A stretch of DNA of 64,000 nt. Origin: Phycisphaerae bacterium. Lineage in GTDB: Bacteria; Planctomycetota; Phycisphaerae; UBA1845. Shown piece after piece: positions 62,070 to 64,000 of the stretch (the first letter of the stretch is position 1; each line of letters opens with the position of its first letter). The stretch covers positions 192,001 through 256,000 of the forward strand of contig CAXXGO010000006.1 in assembly GCA_963666835.2 (NCBI GenBank), read 5' to 3'. The translations under genes were made by a program, and so were the position numbers. Under the pieces are notes generated by a model. The model was not told where the DNA came from. It ran no database searches and saw nothing but the letters and a program-made list of their open reading frames with translations.

Positions 62070-62618
62070 GGTCGCGGTACGAGACCTGCCGCAATGGCTG
62101 CAATGGCCCGCATCGTACGGAGTTGTGCCACCCGCGTGGCTCGCGGGACCAGCCCGCCAGGGCGGCAGCTCTGCCTAGCCCGCGGCGTGAGCCGCGGGAT
62201 CGAGTCGCCAGGTTGTCCCCAGCCCCGTCAGGGGCGGCACTACGATGCTCGCAGAGGTCCCGGCTGTCGCCGACGTGCTCCCTGCGTGATGTCGAATCAT
62301 CGGTGACCGATGCAAACCTCGATGTGCCTGTGCCGCCCGCAGGGGGCTTGGCATGAAACGGCCGCACGGTCCCCCAGGCTTGCGCCTGGGGCTACCGGAC
62401 CTGTCGCCCCAAGGGGCTCCGCGCGCCTGAACCGAGGGCGCCAGCCCTCGGATACGAGCCCCGCATACGCGCCAACCGATAGGAGGCCTTCAGGCACGAA
62501 CGGCTGCCATCAGTACGGCGAGCGTAAGCGACCCGCCCTCATCCCGGACGGGTCAAGAAGTTGCCCCAGGCCACACGTTTGGCACTCTTGTAGGGCAGGT
62601 CGAGGCACGAGACCTGCC
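62070..62618. repeat. Composite repeat homologous to 4090-4430, plus family 1 REP
   Basis: Shared CCAGCCCGCCAG, AAACCTCGATGT, CGGCCGCACGGT, CTGTCGCCCC segments in the same order. Confidence 0.7.
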
Positions 62619-62681
62619 GCAACGGCGCGCGATATGCGCAAAGGCCTGGGTGGCCCACCTAACCAGAGGTGGGGAACTCCC

Positions 62682-63164
62682 TCACGGCGAATGCCCCGGG
62701 TCGCCACATTCGGGACACGTGCCCGATTCGTTCCCGGTCAGGTCGTAACCGCATTTTCGGCAATGTCCCGGCGGGTAGCGGTTGGGCGCCGGCATCTGCT
62801 TGACTCGCCATAAACCGACTAATCCGTAGACGATTGCAATCCCTCCCATAAACACGCGCATGTCGACCGTCCCGTGATCGACGAAGTCGTTGATGCCAAA
62901 CGCAAACATGCTGATGCCAAGAAGAAGAAAGAACAACGCGGATATTACTCCGCTGCGTTTTGCCATGGCCACGATAGTACTGCCGGTTGGGGTTTGCCGC
63001 ATGTTGCTTTCGATAAGATAGTTCAACGCCCGAACGTCACCCTCGCATTGATTGCGGCAAGCCAGACCCCTGCCGACAACGACGTGGCATTCCTCACACA
63101 GTCCTCTTCCGCACGACTTGCACGTCCCCAGGGCATCTCGGTCGTGGTGGTAATAGCATTTCAT
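62682..63164 (-). CDS. Membrane protein with N-terminal B-box-like and C-terminal zinc-ribbon motifs
   Basis: MKCYYH...CKSCGRGLCEEC, two TM helices, CRKCGYDLTGNESGTCPECG. Confidence 0.8.
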   Translation of the reverse strand: MKCYYHHDRDALGTCKSCGRGLCEECHVVVGRGLACRNQCEGDVRALNYLIESNMRQTPTGSTIVAMAKRSGVISALFFLLLGISMFAFGINDFVDHGTVDMRVFMGGIAIVYGLVGLWRVKQMPAPNRYPPGHCRKCGYDLTGNESGTCPECGDPGHSP

Positions 63165-63220
63165 TCTTCTTGATCCGGCTGGTATTACCCGGCCACCGCA
63201 AGTGCTGCCGGTATTCTCGG

Positions 63221-64000
63221 CTAGGAACGGGGTGCGGGCAAGCGCGACTCCGAACCGTCCAACCGCCCCAGCAGGCGGCCGACTTCTACGACGTCCTTAT
63301 CGCCCCGGCCGGAGAGATTGACGACCATCGTTTGGTCAGGTGACATATCGCCGGCATTTTCAAGAGCGTAAGCCACCGCATGCGCGGTTTCCAAAGCCGG
63401 AATGATCCCTTCGATCTCGCTCAGCTTGGTAAACGCCGCCAGAGCCGCCCGGTCGTCCACCGACACATACCGAGCTCGCCCGGTCTTGTGCCAATGGGCG
63501 TGCTCGGGCCCGACTCCGGGATAGTCCAAGCCGGCCGAAACGGAATGGACCGGGAGCGTCTGCCCGTCGTCATCCTGCAGGACGAAGGTGTGCATGCCGT
63601 GGAGAATGCCCGGACGACCGACGCCGAGGGTCGCCGCGTGCCGGCCTTCGACCAACCCCTCCCCGGCCGCTTCTACCCCGATCAGCTCCACCGTGGCATC
63701 GTCGAGGAACCCGGTGAAGATACCGGCCGCGTTACTCCCGCCGCCGACGCAGGCGACGACTCGGTCCGGCAGCCGGCCGGCCGCTTCGAGCATCTGCGCC
63801 CGCGTCTCGCGCCCGACGATCGACTGGAAGTCCCGCACCATGCGGGGATACGGGTGAGGTCCCATAACACTGCCGATGGCATAGTGGGTGTGGTCGCTGG
63901 TGGCCATCCAATCTCGCAGCGTGGCGTTGATTGCGTCCTTCAACGTCCGTTGCCCGGTCTCTACCGGAACGACTTTCGCCCCGAGCAACTCCATGCGAAA
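63221..64000 (-). CDS. trpB: Tryptophan synthase beta chain (C-terminal part; 5' end beyond window)
   Basis: [51 protein letters not shown]. Confidence 0.96.
   Translation of the reverse strand, partial: FRMELLGAKVVPVETGQRTLKDAINATLRDWMATSDHTHYAIGSVMGPHPYPRMVRDFQSIVGRETRAQMLEAAGRLPDRVVACVGGGSNAAGIFTGFLDDATVELIGVEAAGEGLVEGRHAATLGVGRPGILHGMHTFVLQDDDGQTLPVHSVSAGLDYPGVGPEHAHWHKTGRARYVSVDDRAALAAFTKLSEIEGIIPALETAHAVAYALENAGDMSPDQTMVVNLSGRGDKDVVEVGRLLGRLDGSESRLPAPRS

Overview
GC-rich chromosomal window. Gene content (DUF1559/pilin-like domain, FGE-sulfatase with IPTL-type tail, Topo VI, conserved small coiled-coil protein) suggests a planctomycete, probably Phycisphaerae; this is an inference. It spans the replication-origin region (top6A/top6B <- -> dnaA-[oriC]-dnaN-dciA-gyrB, a lone parB with a perfect parS) plus housekeeping genes (prmC, murA, mobA, M3 peptidase, rnpB, partial trpB), two ECF sigma/anti-sigma pairs, a lone HerA ATPase and a CHAT-NTPase-TPR protein. 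Most striking is an intact but tail-less, transposase-less Mu-like head/packaging module (terminase, portal, protease, cement protein, major capsid; 7.9-13.7 kb). Likely homologues of its normal upstream genes (gp26/gp27) sit 37 kb away next to rnpB, on the far side of oriC, which suggests a domesticated GTA-like or capsid-forming system. The module is flanked by two dense TGTCC/GGACA motif arrays and an HTH-TM-coiled-coil gene. Intergenic DNA holds several REP/MITE families and a collapsed group II intron. All product calls come from motif recognition by eye; no database searches were run.
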